Source of the DNA: Paraspadella gotoi | Lineage: Eukaryota; Animalia; Chaetognatha | Direction: 5' to 3' | Assembly: GCA_051294375.1 (NCBI GenBank) | Contig: CM119271.1 | Span: forward strand, 10,791,376-10,855,222 | Length of the DNA stretch: 63,847 nucleotides | Shown here: positions 29,301 through 41,200 of the stretch, piece by piece | Position numbering within the stretch: the first letter of the stretch is position 1 | Layout of the letters: each line of letters begins with the position of its first letter | The notes under the pieces: model-generated | Databases searched by the model: none | Seen by the model: the letters and a program-made list of their open reading frames with translations, nothing else | Told to the model about the DNA's origin: nothing | Program-made: the position numbers and the translations under genes

Positions 29301-29844
29301 ACGTCTTCCATTCCCAACGTCGTCTGTCCGTTCCTCCACCGTCTGCCCAATTCCGATTGGCTGCCTCGACGCAGCAACCCTCTCTTCTGCCCGCAGACGC
29401 GTTTCGGCGCATGCGCGCTGCGGAGCCGCGTTTTCGCCGGCGGCGGGGAGAGGACGACGCTGGACTCGTTTTGGAGGTTAGGAGGTTGTGGGAGGGGAGG
29501 GAAGGCGGTCGATTTGGTAAGTTAGTAAGTGCTTTAGTGATGCTGTGACGTAGCGAAATGATGTGATGATTTTGTGATAATTAAATGAGCTGAAGAAGAC
29601 TACACGTAACTTCATTAACCCCCTCTACGAAATGTGTCGTGGGCTTGGAACCAGGATTGGGGGGATTCGCATCGCATCCTGAGGCGGCTTGCGGTCGTCT
29701 TCAAGCTTCCCGTAGGGTAGGTACCAGGATGGGATTGATCCCGGTACCTAATGGTCCTGGGCTGACTCTATGAGCCGTCAGGTCACGATGCTTAATTTCG
29801 GGGAGAAACTATGCAATGCAGGCTTCAGATACCTACTAGTTCTT

Positions 29845-29875
<31 letters not shown>

Positions 29876-32113
29876 TGCCCTCCTCCAAATCAGCTACGAC
29901 GCTCTCACAGACGCCTGGACCAAGATGCCTTCCATCCCGATCGGCAGATATCGATTTTGTCTCGTCGCCGATTCTCGACGGGAGATCATCTACGCCGTGG
30001 GAGGCATCACGGACAAGACGCGATTCGGGAAGGATGGACCGAAGGTAAGTGCAAGGATTTAAGGTAAGTTAAAGACTCTTGGTATGTTAAGTTTTAGCCT
30101 GGTAAGTTAAGGATCAATGTTCAATTAAAAACTGTGTAAGCGAAGGAGTTAAAGACTATTGGTAAGTTGATTTATAATATCTGGGTAAGTTAGAGATGCT
30201 TGGTAAGTTGAGTTGAAAGACTTTTGGGAAGTTTGGAATCAAAATAAAAGAGGGGGGGGGGCCAATAAAAGTTGGGGATGCGTGGTAAGTTTAGGTCATA
30301 TATGATAAGTTCGGCAGCCCAAAGTAAGTGATTTACTGACCAAAAAGGTCGATTGTAAATTAAAATTCCGCGGAAAGTTAGCGCTGATGAATGTTTTAAT
30401 GAATATTACCAAAAGATAGTATGGAATAGAGTAATTGTAACCATAATTGTGTTTATTGTACGTTATCGTAACTCCAGGATCGACTTCCTGTTAAAGATCA
30501 TATTTTGTGGACGAGAAACTTCGAGAACGATTCCGTGGAAATGGTGCAAAAGTACGACGTTCGAGAGGTAACAATAGTACTAAAGATACATAGCGATGAC
30601 TAATTAGTTATTTGCGAATTAGTAAAAAAATAGTAATTCTATTTGTATCTCATTTATGGTTAGTTCCAATCGCATTGGAGATTCAGAGATACCAAATATA
30701 ATGATATGAAAAATCCATCCATCCATCTCTCTCTCTCTCTTAAAATAATCTATAAAAAGAAAACCAACTTATTAATTAATTAATTAATTTCTTCCATTAA
30801 TTTCCATCCAATTCTCTTCAGAACAGTTGGTCCAACGTGGGCCCGATCCTCAAAGGCCTTTGCGGTTCGACGGCAGCTTTGGTCGGACACGAAATTTTTA
30901 TCGTCGGCGGATTTTTTCTCGATTACGAAATGAATTACGAAGTTCAGATCTTTAACGTTGACACGGGAGAATGTCGCTACAGTCCGACGTTGAGGTTACT
31001 ATAGCAATTTTTTTTTTGGATGAAAGTGACAGATATTTTACCGAAAACAATTTTTAAACCCATAATAAAATAAAAGGAAGTTTTGATAATGATGACGAGC
31101 TGAGGTATAGTTAAAATTCTCGAACTGAAACACGCAGGAAAACTATTAAAAGTTTTTAAAAATACTACAATATGCAAATGAGATTCAAGAACTCAATTTA
31201 ATTTTAAAGTGAGTTAAAAGTTCTTTCCTTGAAATATTTCTCTTTCATTGATCACTACATCGTTATTAATATTATATATATTATTCATTACGCATGTATT
31301 ATCATTTATTATCATTATCATTTATTATCATTATCATTTATTATCATTTATCAGGAGTTCCCGCCCTCTCGGCCACGCCTCTTCCTGCGTCGTAGGCGAC
31401 GTCATATTCGTCGCATTCGAAGATAAAGTTTTCTCAGCGATCGACGCGAAGAACGAAACTTGGATTTCACTTCGATCACCGTTCGATCCCGGGAGGGACG
31501 ACTGGCAAATAGGGTCAGGATAGAGTGGCGGATAGGATCGGAATCCATCGGCACATAGGGCGGGATTGAGTGGCGGATAGGGTCAGGATCAAGTGGCAGA
31601 TAAGGTCGGAATAGAGTCGCTGATTGGTGTTTAAAATCGGGTCAGGATTAAGTGAAAAATTGGATCAGGATTAAGTGGAAAATAGGGTCGGAATTGAGTG
31701 GCAAATCGGGACAAAAAGTAAAAAAAAAAAACAAAAAAAAAAAGTTTGGGTCAGATTTGACGAGTGGCAAACGGCGTCACAATTGAAATGTGACAACTGT
31801 AAAGTAAGAATTTGTGGGGATAATAAAACATAGAAGACGATTCTAAGATTTTGAATTGGCAATTGACTAAAGGGAGCTAATTATTACTCTTGTTTTCAGA
31901 TGCGTCTGCTCGTATTGGGGAAAGGTCATTGCAGTCGTTCAAGAAGCAATGGAAGGAGCTTGGCATTCCATTCTCTATGGGTAAAAGTTACATGTGAACT
32001 ACGCATTGTGAAGTGTAGTTACCCAATTTAAAAATGTTTCTTTTTTTTCCAGATACGATCCGCTTTTAGACAAATGGTTTCGATATCACGATTTTTTCTC
32101 CGTCGCTAAATAA
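23304..32113 (+). CDS. Kelch-like BTB-BACK-Kelch protein, multi-exon; start and some junctions uncertain
   Basis: BTB: [25 protein letters not shown]|AMFRSEMSE...ILECAIYYQ|[13 protein letters not shown]; BACK-like exons ~24505-25335; Kelch blades YDALTDAW...IYAVGG (29894-30044), YDVRE|NSW...IFIVGG (30478-30991), YDPLLDKW (32053-32113); GT-AG boundaries seen for most exons. Confidence 0.8.
25336..25983. repeat. 20 bp purine-rich minisatellite (ggatagagggaagaagggaa)n
   Basis: About 32 units starting at the Kelch-gene donor AAG|GTAAGG. Confidence 0.95.
26435..27730 (-). CDS. SRI: Sorcin/grancalcin-like penta-EF-hand protein, 3 exons (27730-27446, 27106-26991, 26588-26435), 184 aa, nested in a Kelch-gene intron
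   Basis: G/P/Y-rich N-terminus MAYPGYG, DPLYGYF, EF-hands [45 protein letters not shown]; exon phases match. Confidence 0.85.
26804..26846 (-). ncRNA. Minimal type I hammerhead ribozyme (Penelope-like-element type), intact core
   Basis: acg-CUGAUGA-a-GGCUUG-aaaacag-CAAGCC-GAAAC-au-GUC-cgu: complete core, 6-bp stem II, palindromic ACAUGU stem III, 3-bp stem I, GUC cleavage triplet. Confidence 0.8.
26865..26907 (+). ncRNA. Inverted partner hammerhead with GUC>GCC change, probably impaired
   Basis: acg-CUGAUGA-a-GGCUUG-aaaacaa-CAAGCC-GAAAC-au-GCC-cgu; right arm of the 26767-26945 hairpin. Confidence 0.65.
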
Positions 32114-32246
32114 AACGATTGAATTTAAACGATTTTTTGTTCTGCGTTGATTTGATGAGAGAAGATGATGATGAAGATGACGATGATGATGATAACGAAA
32201 TTGTCGAAGAAACAAAGAAATAGGAATTTGAGAAGAGAGAGAGAGT

Positions 32247-32284
<38 letters not shown>

Positions 32285-33129
32285 AGAGAGAAGAGAAGAG
32301 AGAGAGAGAGAGAGAGAGAGAAAAAAAAGAGAGGAGAGAGAGAGGAAGAAGAAGAAAATAGAAAGATCGTTTTTCTGATTTTTTATCATTGTAAAAAAAA
32401 AAGAGTTAAAACTAAAAAGCAGCGTATGTTTGAACAACACCATATTAGAAAAATAAATTCCAAATGACAAAAAATTCCAAACCTGGTGACGGGAAGTGGA
32501 AGGCATCGATCAAACAAAAGGTCATCGATATCAGCAGAAATAGTTTCATCTTTGGAGAAGCGAAAACGAAGAAAAAAAACTCAGTGGATCTTTTATTAAA
32601 CATACATTATTTTGCATGTTATACAAATTTATAATTGTACATCGAAATTTTTCATTTGTTTAGCTGGCTAATTAAGACGAAAAAAAGAGAGATTTTTTCG
32701 GAAAACCTGTTTTTTTTTGGTTACGCAAACGAGTTTTAAAATATTTTTGTCACGTTTTTTAAATGTTTTTGTTACGAATGTTTAAATTAATGCTTTGATA
32801 TGTACTGTATAATTTATCCAGCGTATTAGGGTAAAGGCAAATAGCACTAGTTAATAAAATTTAACGTTAATAGCATTGAAGGAAAAACTCACGATAGCAT
32901 TATTAGCTTATTAACTAATTAACTAACTATCACTATCTATTTGAAAATTTGACCAGCGAGTTCAACGCTTAGTTGTCTATTTCTTTCCACGTAGAATAAT
33001 ACGCTATTCTTTTACGCCTCCGTTTAATTTCATATCAAAGATTAACCGAAAATATTAAGATTATAAAAACCACATTCGATATTTAGATTTAGATTTAGAT
33101 TTATCGAAAAGCTAAATCCACGTCCGTCA

Positions 33130-33748
33130 TTAAAGAACAGAGATAGTAACGACGTCGGCGTCCGTCATGCATCCCGTGTCGGAAAATTTGCAGGCGCCGC
33201 CGTTGCGAGAGTAAAGGAAGCGTGGCACGATCTTGGCTTGACCGTCACCGCCCATCCACGCGGCGCAAGTATCGGGTCTGAGGGGGGAAAAATTGTTATT
33301 TGATTGATTGAGAGGTTGATCGATCGTTCAATCGACATATTCGTTTGATAGCTATACATACTGATTGATTTATATCGTGATTGGTTTATCCAGTAATTTC
33401 GATTGACGGAAAATTATTTTATTTTTACCATACCACCATGCATCAACGTATGATTGATTTGAATGATTCTTTAATTTTAGTTTGCAAAAGAAAAGGATTT
33501 GAAAGAAAGAAAGAAAGAAAGAGAGAAAAAAAGAGAGAAAGAGAGAGAGAGAAAAAAAAAGAAAGATAGTAAGAAAGAAAGAAATGTTGGAGCGTTATTC
33601 TCGTCAACGGACATTAAAAGAGTTATGATTGATGATCATTATTTTGTGTTACCTTTTGAATATTGAAAGAAAGAAAGAGAGAGAGAGATTTTGAAACACA
33701 ATAGGACACCTGTCGTTGGAGATCAAAAGCCTTGTAGGAAAGAAAGAG

Positions 33749-33808
<60 letters not shown>

Positions 33809-35186
33809 TTTGAAACACAACACGGCACCTGTCGTTGATGGAGATCATTCCGGTATCGCCGGGGCACCCATCGTACTTGACGCAGACTAAGAAATTGCGG
33901 TCGACGACTGCAGAAATGTCGCCCTTCATGCTCCAGTGATTGAAGGCCCCTTTCGTGACGTCGGGACCCTTGACGACCTTCTCCACGCGATCCTTGGCGA
34001 ACCAACCCTCGATGTCGGAGCCTTTTCCGTTGAAGATGATGTCGACGACCGGCTCGAGGTGATCCTTGTTCTTTTTCCACATCGTGAAGCGAACCTAAGT
34101 GAGGAAGTGAGAAGTGAAGATGTGGAACAAGTTTCATTTTTTACTTTAGTTTGTATTTCACGGTATAATACTTAAGGGAGTGGTTTCTTATACAATTAAA
34201 ACATTCTTTGAAAATTATTCATTTAATAAATAAGCTATCTTGCCCCCGACTTTGGGCAGGCTTTGGTGGTTTAAGGCCTCCATCTTTCATTCAAGACACT
34301 CTCACAGTTTTGTTTATTTACTCCCAAAGCACCTGGCTTCCCTATCAAGTGGTATAATATTTCAATGAAAAGATCGGGGAATACTGTAATATACTCCGCA
34401 CCAGCATCAAAAACAAGAGGCTGAATTTTATGAAATATTATATATATTATATTTAATATAGAAGTTTTCAGGAAAGAAGGAACAAAATTTTGGCGCTTAG
34501 GGAAAAGAAAGCACTCAATTCATTTCCAATCTTTGAAAATTGAACCCCACACCTGACAAAATCCAATCTCAGATCCAACCAAATCTAATCCCTCTATAAG
34601 CCAAATCTAACCCCTTAATAACCAAAACTAACCTCTCGATAACCAAATCTAACCCCTCTATAACCAAATCTAACCCCACTATCGACCAAATCCTACCTTC
34701 CCCCCGTTGGCGAACTTAGCCTTCCAGGCGTTGACGGCGGCGCGATCAACCCAACCTCCGACGATGTTTTGCGTCAAATCGGAATATTTTTCAGGTTCGC
34801 CGTCTTTGACGTTGGCGCCACCCTCTGCGGTTATGAGAGGGGGGGGTAGAGGGGAGATGGATCTGTCTAGTCTGTCAGTCGGACTCTCCCGTCTTTCAGT
34901 TCGTCTCCAACAGTCTGTCAGAGTGTCTCTTTTTCGTCTGCCAGTATGTCTCTTTTTCTGTCGAGCCGTCTCTCTCAATATGTATCTATACTAAAGTTTA
35001 AAAGGCATTTTTCTGTCCGTAGGTCCCACAGTATACTTCTGTTTCTTTCTCGTTGTCTGTTCCTACGTATATCTTTCTGTCTGTACGTCCGACTTTTTTT
35101 CAGTCTCTCTTTCTTGCTGGGTGACTGTCAGTCTGTCTGTCGTCAGTCCGTAAAACAAATTTCTTTCTCCCTTGGTNNNNNNNNNN

Positions 35187-35217
<31 letters not shown>

Positions 35218-38200
35218 ACCCTTCAACGCCTTGTACACATCCACTCCGCTTCCCCTCGACACTCTCAGCAAAAGTTTGCCAAACTCTGGAGTGAAAGGAT
35301 TATTCTTGCAGAAAGGTTTTTCTTCCACGCAGGTCGGGGTCACGCAGCCGCAGGAGTCCGTGCCTTGGGCTTGTTTCTTTCCTGGGGGAGTATTAATATT
35401 TAAGTACTGTATAAATTTTATTGTATTTATTGTACAAGTCTGAGCGTGATAATATCATAGAACGGCAGGGGATTTCCAATTCAATTTATTATTTACATTT
35501 TACAATGGTATGGTGGACTAAAATCCACCAACCGTTCATCAGTGGCCATTGGTGCCGGAGGCAAGTCATTCACCTCCCAAGGTCCAGGGTTCTAGCCCGG
35601 TGGCCGCCTCGCAGTTAAGAGGGACGGGGCGCTTAACCCGCCTGTAACTCGGTGTTTCAGCCTGATCCGAAGCTCAGGGACTGCTTATATTGAACGGTTC
35701 TGTCACTAACACATAACAATAATTACTGCCTCTTCAATGGTTTTATTTACAATTTTTAAAATATATATTTTTTAAATAATGTTTTTATTATCATTTACCA
35801 TTCTTATTTTCTATGTTTTTTATTATAAGTTTGTTTAGTATTAGAAGTTTTGTATGTACTTTTGAAGTAATGTAAATATATCCCAACTTTATATTACCTG
35901 AAATAAATACAGCAAAATTTTGAAAACCTTAATATTATGGCAACGGGAGGATAGCCTGTGATACCCGGGGCGCGGGTATCTCACCAACTGGCGTAGGGGC
36001 TGCGGACCCTCAGTGACCGCCTCCTGTCACTGGCATGTTTATACGGCACCGTCACATTTAAGCCAGAACCGGGATACCCGGGGATTGAACCCGGGACGCA
36101 CGGATGGAATGAGATGATTTAGCCTGCTCAGCCATTGAGACGAGGCTGAGGACGGACAGCAGTGAGGCAGCTTTAAGTCTTGCTGCCACAGGATCCCCCC
36201 ACCAGACTTCTCCACAGGGCCTCAATCCTGAGGAGATGTCTGAGAGAAGGTTTTGATCTCATTGCCAAAGTGAGAGCGAGCAGGCGAGCGAGCGAGCGAG
36301 TCTGGAGCATTACCAGAGAAGTAGGGCATAGGCGTGATATGCATACCCTAAGCGACGTAAGCGTGGGCGCACGGTGCGCAGCGGTTGCATGTTCGATAGT
36401 TGGGCTCACCACTTATGGCAACGGAGGATAGCCTGTGATACCCGGGGCGCGGGTATCTCACCAACTGGCGTAGGGGCTGCGGACCCTCAGTGACCGCCTC
36501 CTGTCACTGGCATGTTTATACCGGCACCGTCACATTTAAGCCAGAACCGGGATACCCGGGGATTGAACCCGGGATGCACGGATGGAATGAGATGATTTAG
36601 CCTGCTCAGCCATTGAGACGAGGCTGAGGACGGACAGCAGTGAGGCAGCTTTAAGTCTTGCTGCCACAATATATTCATTTTCAGTAATTTCAATTCTTTC
36701 TTAATCCCAATGATTTATTATTATTGTTTTCTAATTTTAATCATTTACCGGCTCCACAGTGGAGTAGCATCTTGTTCGTGAGTAGACAGGCTTTAGCTTC
36801 GCAGGAAAATACAGGGCAACCGCATTCGTCTAGAAAACCGGAAATATTAAAAACAATTAAGATTGATTCCAAAATTTACTATGTACATTAGTGTAAATTA
36901 TTTACTTAGATACTTTTTAGTACCATACATTACATAACATAGAAATATCAAAATTTTAAACCCAAAATATGAAATTCAAGAAAATTTTCACTTAAACAGA
37001 CTCATTTCTTCGGTGAGGCACTTTTACTCTACGACTAACTTACCTTTGTCGACCTTGATCTGTTTGCAAGGGCCACAGTCTGGCTTCTTCACCGGCTCAC
37101 AATCCTTGGCTCCTTTTTCGGTACAAACGGGGACTTTGCACTGAAAAGTTTTAGAAAAGATTGATGGTTAAAATGTTTTTCTTGGTATAGGTATTATTTA
37201 TAAAAAATAAAATGAAAACAGATTTAGGGAGAAGCTAAAATTTTTTTTAAAATACTTTTTCATAGTCATTAATTTGGCATGGGTTGTACTTTAAAGTTGA
37301 CTATTTTTTTGCCATAAGAAGTTACAGAAAAATTACCAAATTTTAATTTCAAGTTTTCATAAAGTTAAATTAATTCACCAAACTAAAATTTGGTAATTGC
37401 TTCTCCAATTTTTAATGGCAAGCCATAACTAATGTATTTTGAACTAACATTTTTTTATTAGCTTATTTAGTATAAAAAAGCGATTTAAACCTAAACAACC
37501 AACCAAACAAGAAAAATAACCAAACAACCAAACAAAAAAATCCCACAAAATCAACTCACCCCTTGGGCTTTGACGATGGTGGGCTTCTGGCATTTGTGAA
37601 AGCAGATGGCCGGTTTGGGCGTCGGGCACAATTCAGGTTTGAAACATTCTTCAAACGGTTCTTCGGTGGCGACGCAAACTTTCACTTCGCACTGTGAACA
37701 AATTTGAAAAGTATTTAAGGATTAATTTATTGAAGATATAAAAATTAACTTAATTTATCTATTTATTTATTAAAACATCAAAATTAAATAGAATCATCAA
37801 TATAATTATTTTTTTAGAATATTAAAATATTAGAATCGCCTTAAATTAAGGCTTAAGTTATCGTTAAAATTATTCATTAAAGATTACCTTATCAAAATTA
37901 CATTAAATTACCCCACATAACTCAATAGTACTCACTCCATTGGAATCCTTATGCGTTTCGGGTTTGGTGCATTTTCCGCACTTGATGTCCTTGGGTTTGT
38001 TGCATTTGGCGCATCCGGGCAAAGCGTGATTCGGTTTGCAAACTTTCACGGTGCAAGTGACATCGTCGTTCACGTTCACCTTAGACTCTTGCAGAGATTC
38101 ACATTTGCTGCAATTCTTGTCGGCGTTGTTGGCCTCCAATTGGTCGCCTCGAGAAAAGTGACAGAATTTTTGAGAGATTTTTATTATTTTATTTATAATA

Positions 38201-41200
38201 TTTAGTTTTAGTTTGAATTATTATACAATTATGAAATTGGTGCATACAAGTATAACAATTATTCAGTCATCCAGACTTTGGACTGGCGGTGTTGGATTAA
38301 GTCCTCCATCCCTCTTAACAGAATTATGTCGCAGGAAATAGTAATATGTTAATCAATTATTTAATATTATTTATTACTATTCTATCATTATAATTATTAT
38401 CACATACATATATTTATTATAATTTACTAAATTTATTATTCATTCATTGACCGTTCCAAATCATAATGGACCTCAAGAGGTGGCATTGCGGATCCTTGAC
38501 GCAAACGGGTTGGACGCATTTGCCATCGGCGGCCGTGACATTCACAGCCACTTCACACTCCTTGCATTCGGGGCTTTCGTACATCCTGGTTTTATGAAAG
38601 GGGAAAAATAAAATTAAAAGAAACAGAAAAAAATGTGAAAAACGTCCTTATTTTTCCAGACCCACCCATTTCATCTAAATTCAGAATTAAGTTAATTTTT
38701 AGTTTTATGAAATTAGGTTAGGGTTAGGGAATAGGTTAAGGGTTAATGATTAAGTTTAGTGACTAAACACATAAAAAGTCATAAAACTAAGAAAACTTAA
38801 ATAAATGAAATAAATAAATAGAGAAAATAGAAAAAAACAAACATTCAGATTGAAAAAAAAACATCTAGGATGAATCTAATCCAAATATTGAATAAATTTT
38901 TCACCAATTTTGCCTAAATCTAAAATCTTGAATTAAACTCACTCTTCGCAGGAAACGCAGGTTTGGTGAGGGCAGCCGCAGAGGTCGCTTCCGTCCATGG
39001 GGGCCGTGCCCGGCGGGCATTTTCCGGCCGGAACTATCTGGCACTCTTTACGGTGATGAACGTGGCAGCCGCATTCGTCTTTTTCGGCCTCCTTGTAGCA
39101 AAGCTCATGGCCCTTTGGTGCCTTGGGACACTAGAAATGGAGTTTTTTGTTGGGGGGGGGGGTGGAACATTAGTTTCAAGTTAAGTAAACTTAATTTGGA
39201 TTATTAATGCGATCATAACAGATGAAGATAAAATTATATAAAACAAAACAAAAATTGAAAAACTTTAGATATTTTTTTTTTTTCTATATTTCTATACGAA
39301 TACGCGAAAAGTTTACCAAAACCTGTATTGAAAAAAAACAAACAAAAAAACATACGTCAAACTTTAAATCACGCACATTACCATAAACTCATCAAAAAAG
39401 CCAAACTCTCACGCATTTTCCTTCACTCACATCCTTGGGTTCACACTTCCACTCGTGAGTTCCGCACTTGTGATTGTTAACTTTCTTGGGTTCTTCGCAA
39501 GGAGAACAGGTCGGCTTCACCGACATGGACTCGAACTTCTTGCAGACCATCTTGGGGCAGCCGCACTTGTCCATGGTGACCTCGGCATATTCGCAATCAT
39601 TGCAGTTAATCTCCTTCATCGTGGGACACGCCCTCTTGCGGCACATCTTCTCCTTGTAGCCGCAACTGGTCGTTGTTGGTGTGAGGGAGGGAGGGAAAAA
39701 GCGAGATAGTTTTTTTGGTGGGCCTAACTAGTAGAGCGTTGAAAAATAACAAAATATAACAAATCAAGTGAGGTACATAGCTATTTTAGTGTAATGTAGT
39801 CTGTAGAATTCGATGGTGATGACCATTTTTTTGTATAATTTTATCTTTCTTGTCGAAAATGACGGTTTTTAATGTATATAAAATTGTTATAAAATAGCAA
39901 AACCATTATAAGTTATGATAAATCAAATTATTAAATTTTTATAAAATTTATATGAGCTTTTGAAATATAAAAATAAAGACTTATAAAAATATTTTGGTAA
40001 GTTATTTCTAAATTTTATGTTTTATAAAAAGTTAGTTAACTATATTTATTAATAATTATAAGTAAAAATTATGTTAAAATTAAAAAATAATAATTTTAAA
40101 AATTTTTTATGGATTTGCATTCTTTGCAAAAAGTTGTTATAGGAAATATAATTTTTATATAAAATTATGTCATTAAGTTGGTCAAAATTCAAAAAAACTA
40201 AAATTTTAAGCCAAAAATTGAAAAATTAAACAAAAATAATAGTTTTTAACATTTTTAACCTACTTAATGAAATAATTTTTTAAAATGGATTATACTTTCT
40301 TATATCAACTTTTTGTAAAGAATTCAAATCCGGTTTTAAAATTTAAATTTTTTTATTTTTTTACTTTAGCTTATTTTTTATTATTATTTATTAATAAATA
40401 TAGCTAACAAATTAATAATAAAATATAAAATTTGTAAAAAAACTTACCAAAATATTTATATGGGTCTTTATTTTTATATTATGTAAGTTAAATATGGCTT
40501 TTATAAAATTTTAATAATTTGAGTTTCTTATACTCTACAATGTTTGCTCCATTTTAATAGCACCTTATATGCTGTAAAAATCGCCATTTCCGACAAAGAA
40601 GATGAGACTATACAAAAATATGGTTATCATCATCGAATTCTACAGACTTTATTACACTAAAATAGCTATGTACCTCACTTGATTTGTTATATATCGTTTT
40701 TTTTCAACGCCCTACTAACTTGTTATCTAACTTCAAATGGCTCAGCCTTTTAGACAAAAAGTTAAATTTTTTTGGTTCCTAAATTGAAGTGTCTTCAATT
40801 TTAAGCCTAAATCGCTCTCCCTTTAAACCCCCAAATCTAAATATTTTAAGGTCTAAAATCTAAATCTAAAATAACAAATCCAAACCTTTTGACGTTTTAT
40901 ACCTAAATAATTTCATATTATCTAGGAAGGCCTACATCTAAATATTTTTGGAGTCTTAAATCTAGATCCTCCTTTTGAAGCCCTAAATTTAAATCTTTTG
41001 GGCTTTAAATCTAAATCTATCCCCTTTAAAGCCCGAATCTAAATCATTTGAGTTTGAAGCCCTAAATCTAAATATTTTTGGAGTCGTAAATCTAAATATT
41101 TCTCCCTCTGAAGCCCATTTATAAATCTTTTGCGGTCTTAAATCTCTCCCATTTAAATCTCAAATCTAAATGTATGGCAGTCCTACTTCGAAGCCCTAAA

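Noticed and set aside
29615-29810. GC-rich intronic patch with a weak B-box-like motif (similar patch 20510-20690)
   Set aside because: No second copy in the window, no clear ends or cloverleaf; cannot be supported.
36078-36140. Functional tRNA gene inside the LTR
   Set aside because: Only the A-box and T-arm are recognisable; no convincing acceptor or anticodon stems.
35936-36668. Retrozyme interpretation of the TRIM
   Set aside because: CTGAGGA occurs in the LTR but no properly placed GAAA and stems were found.
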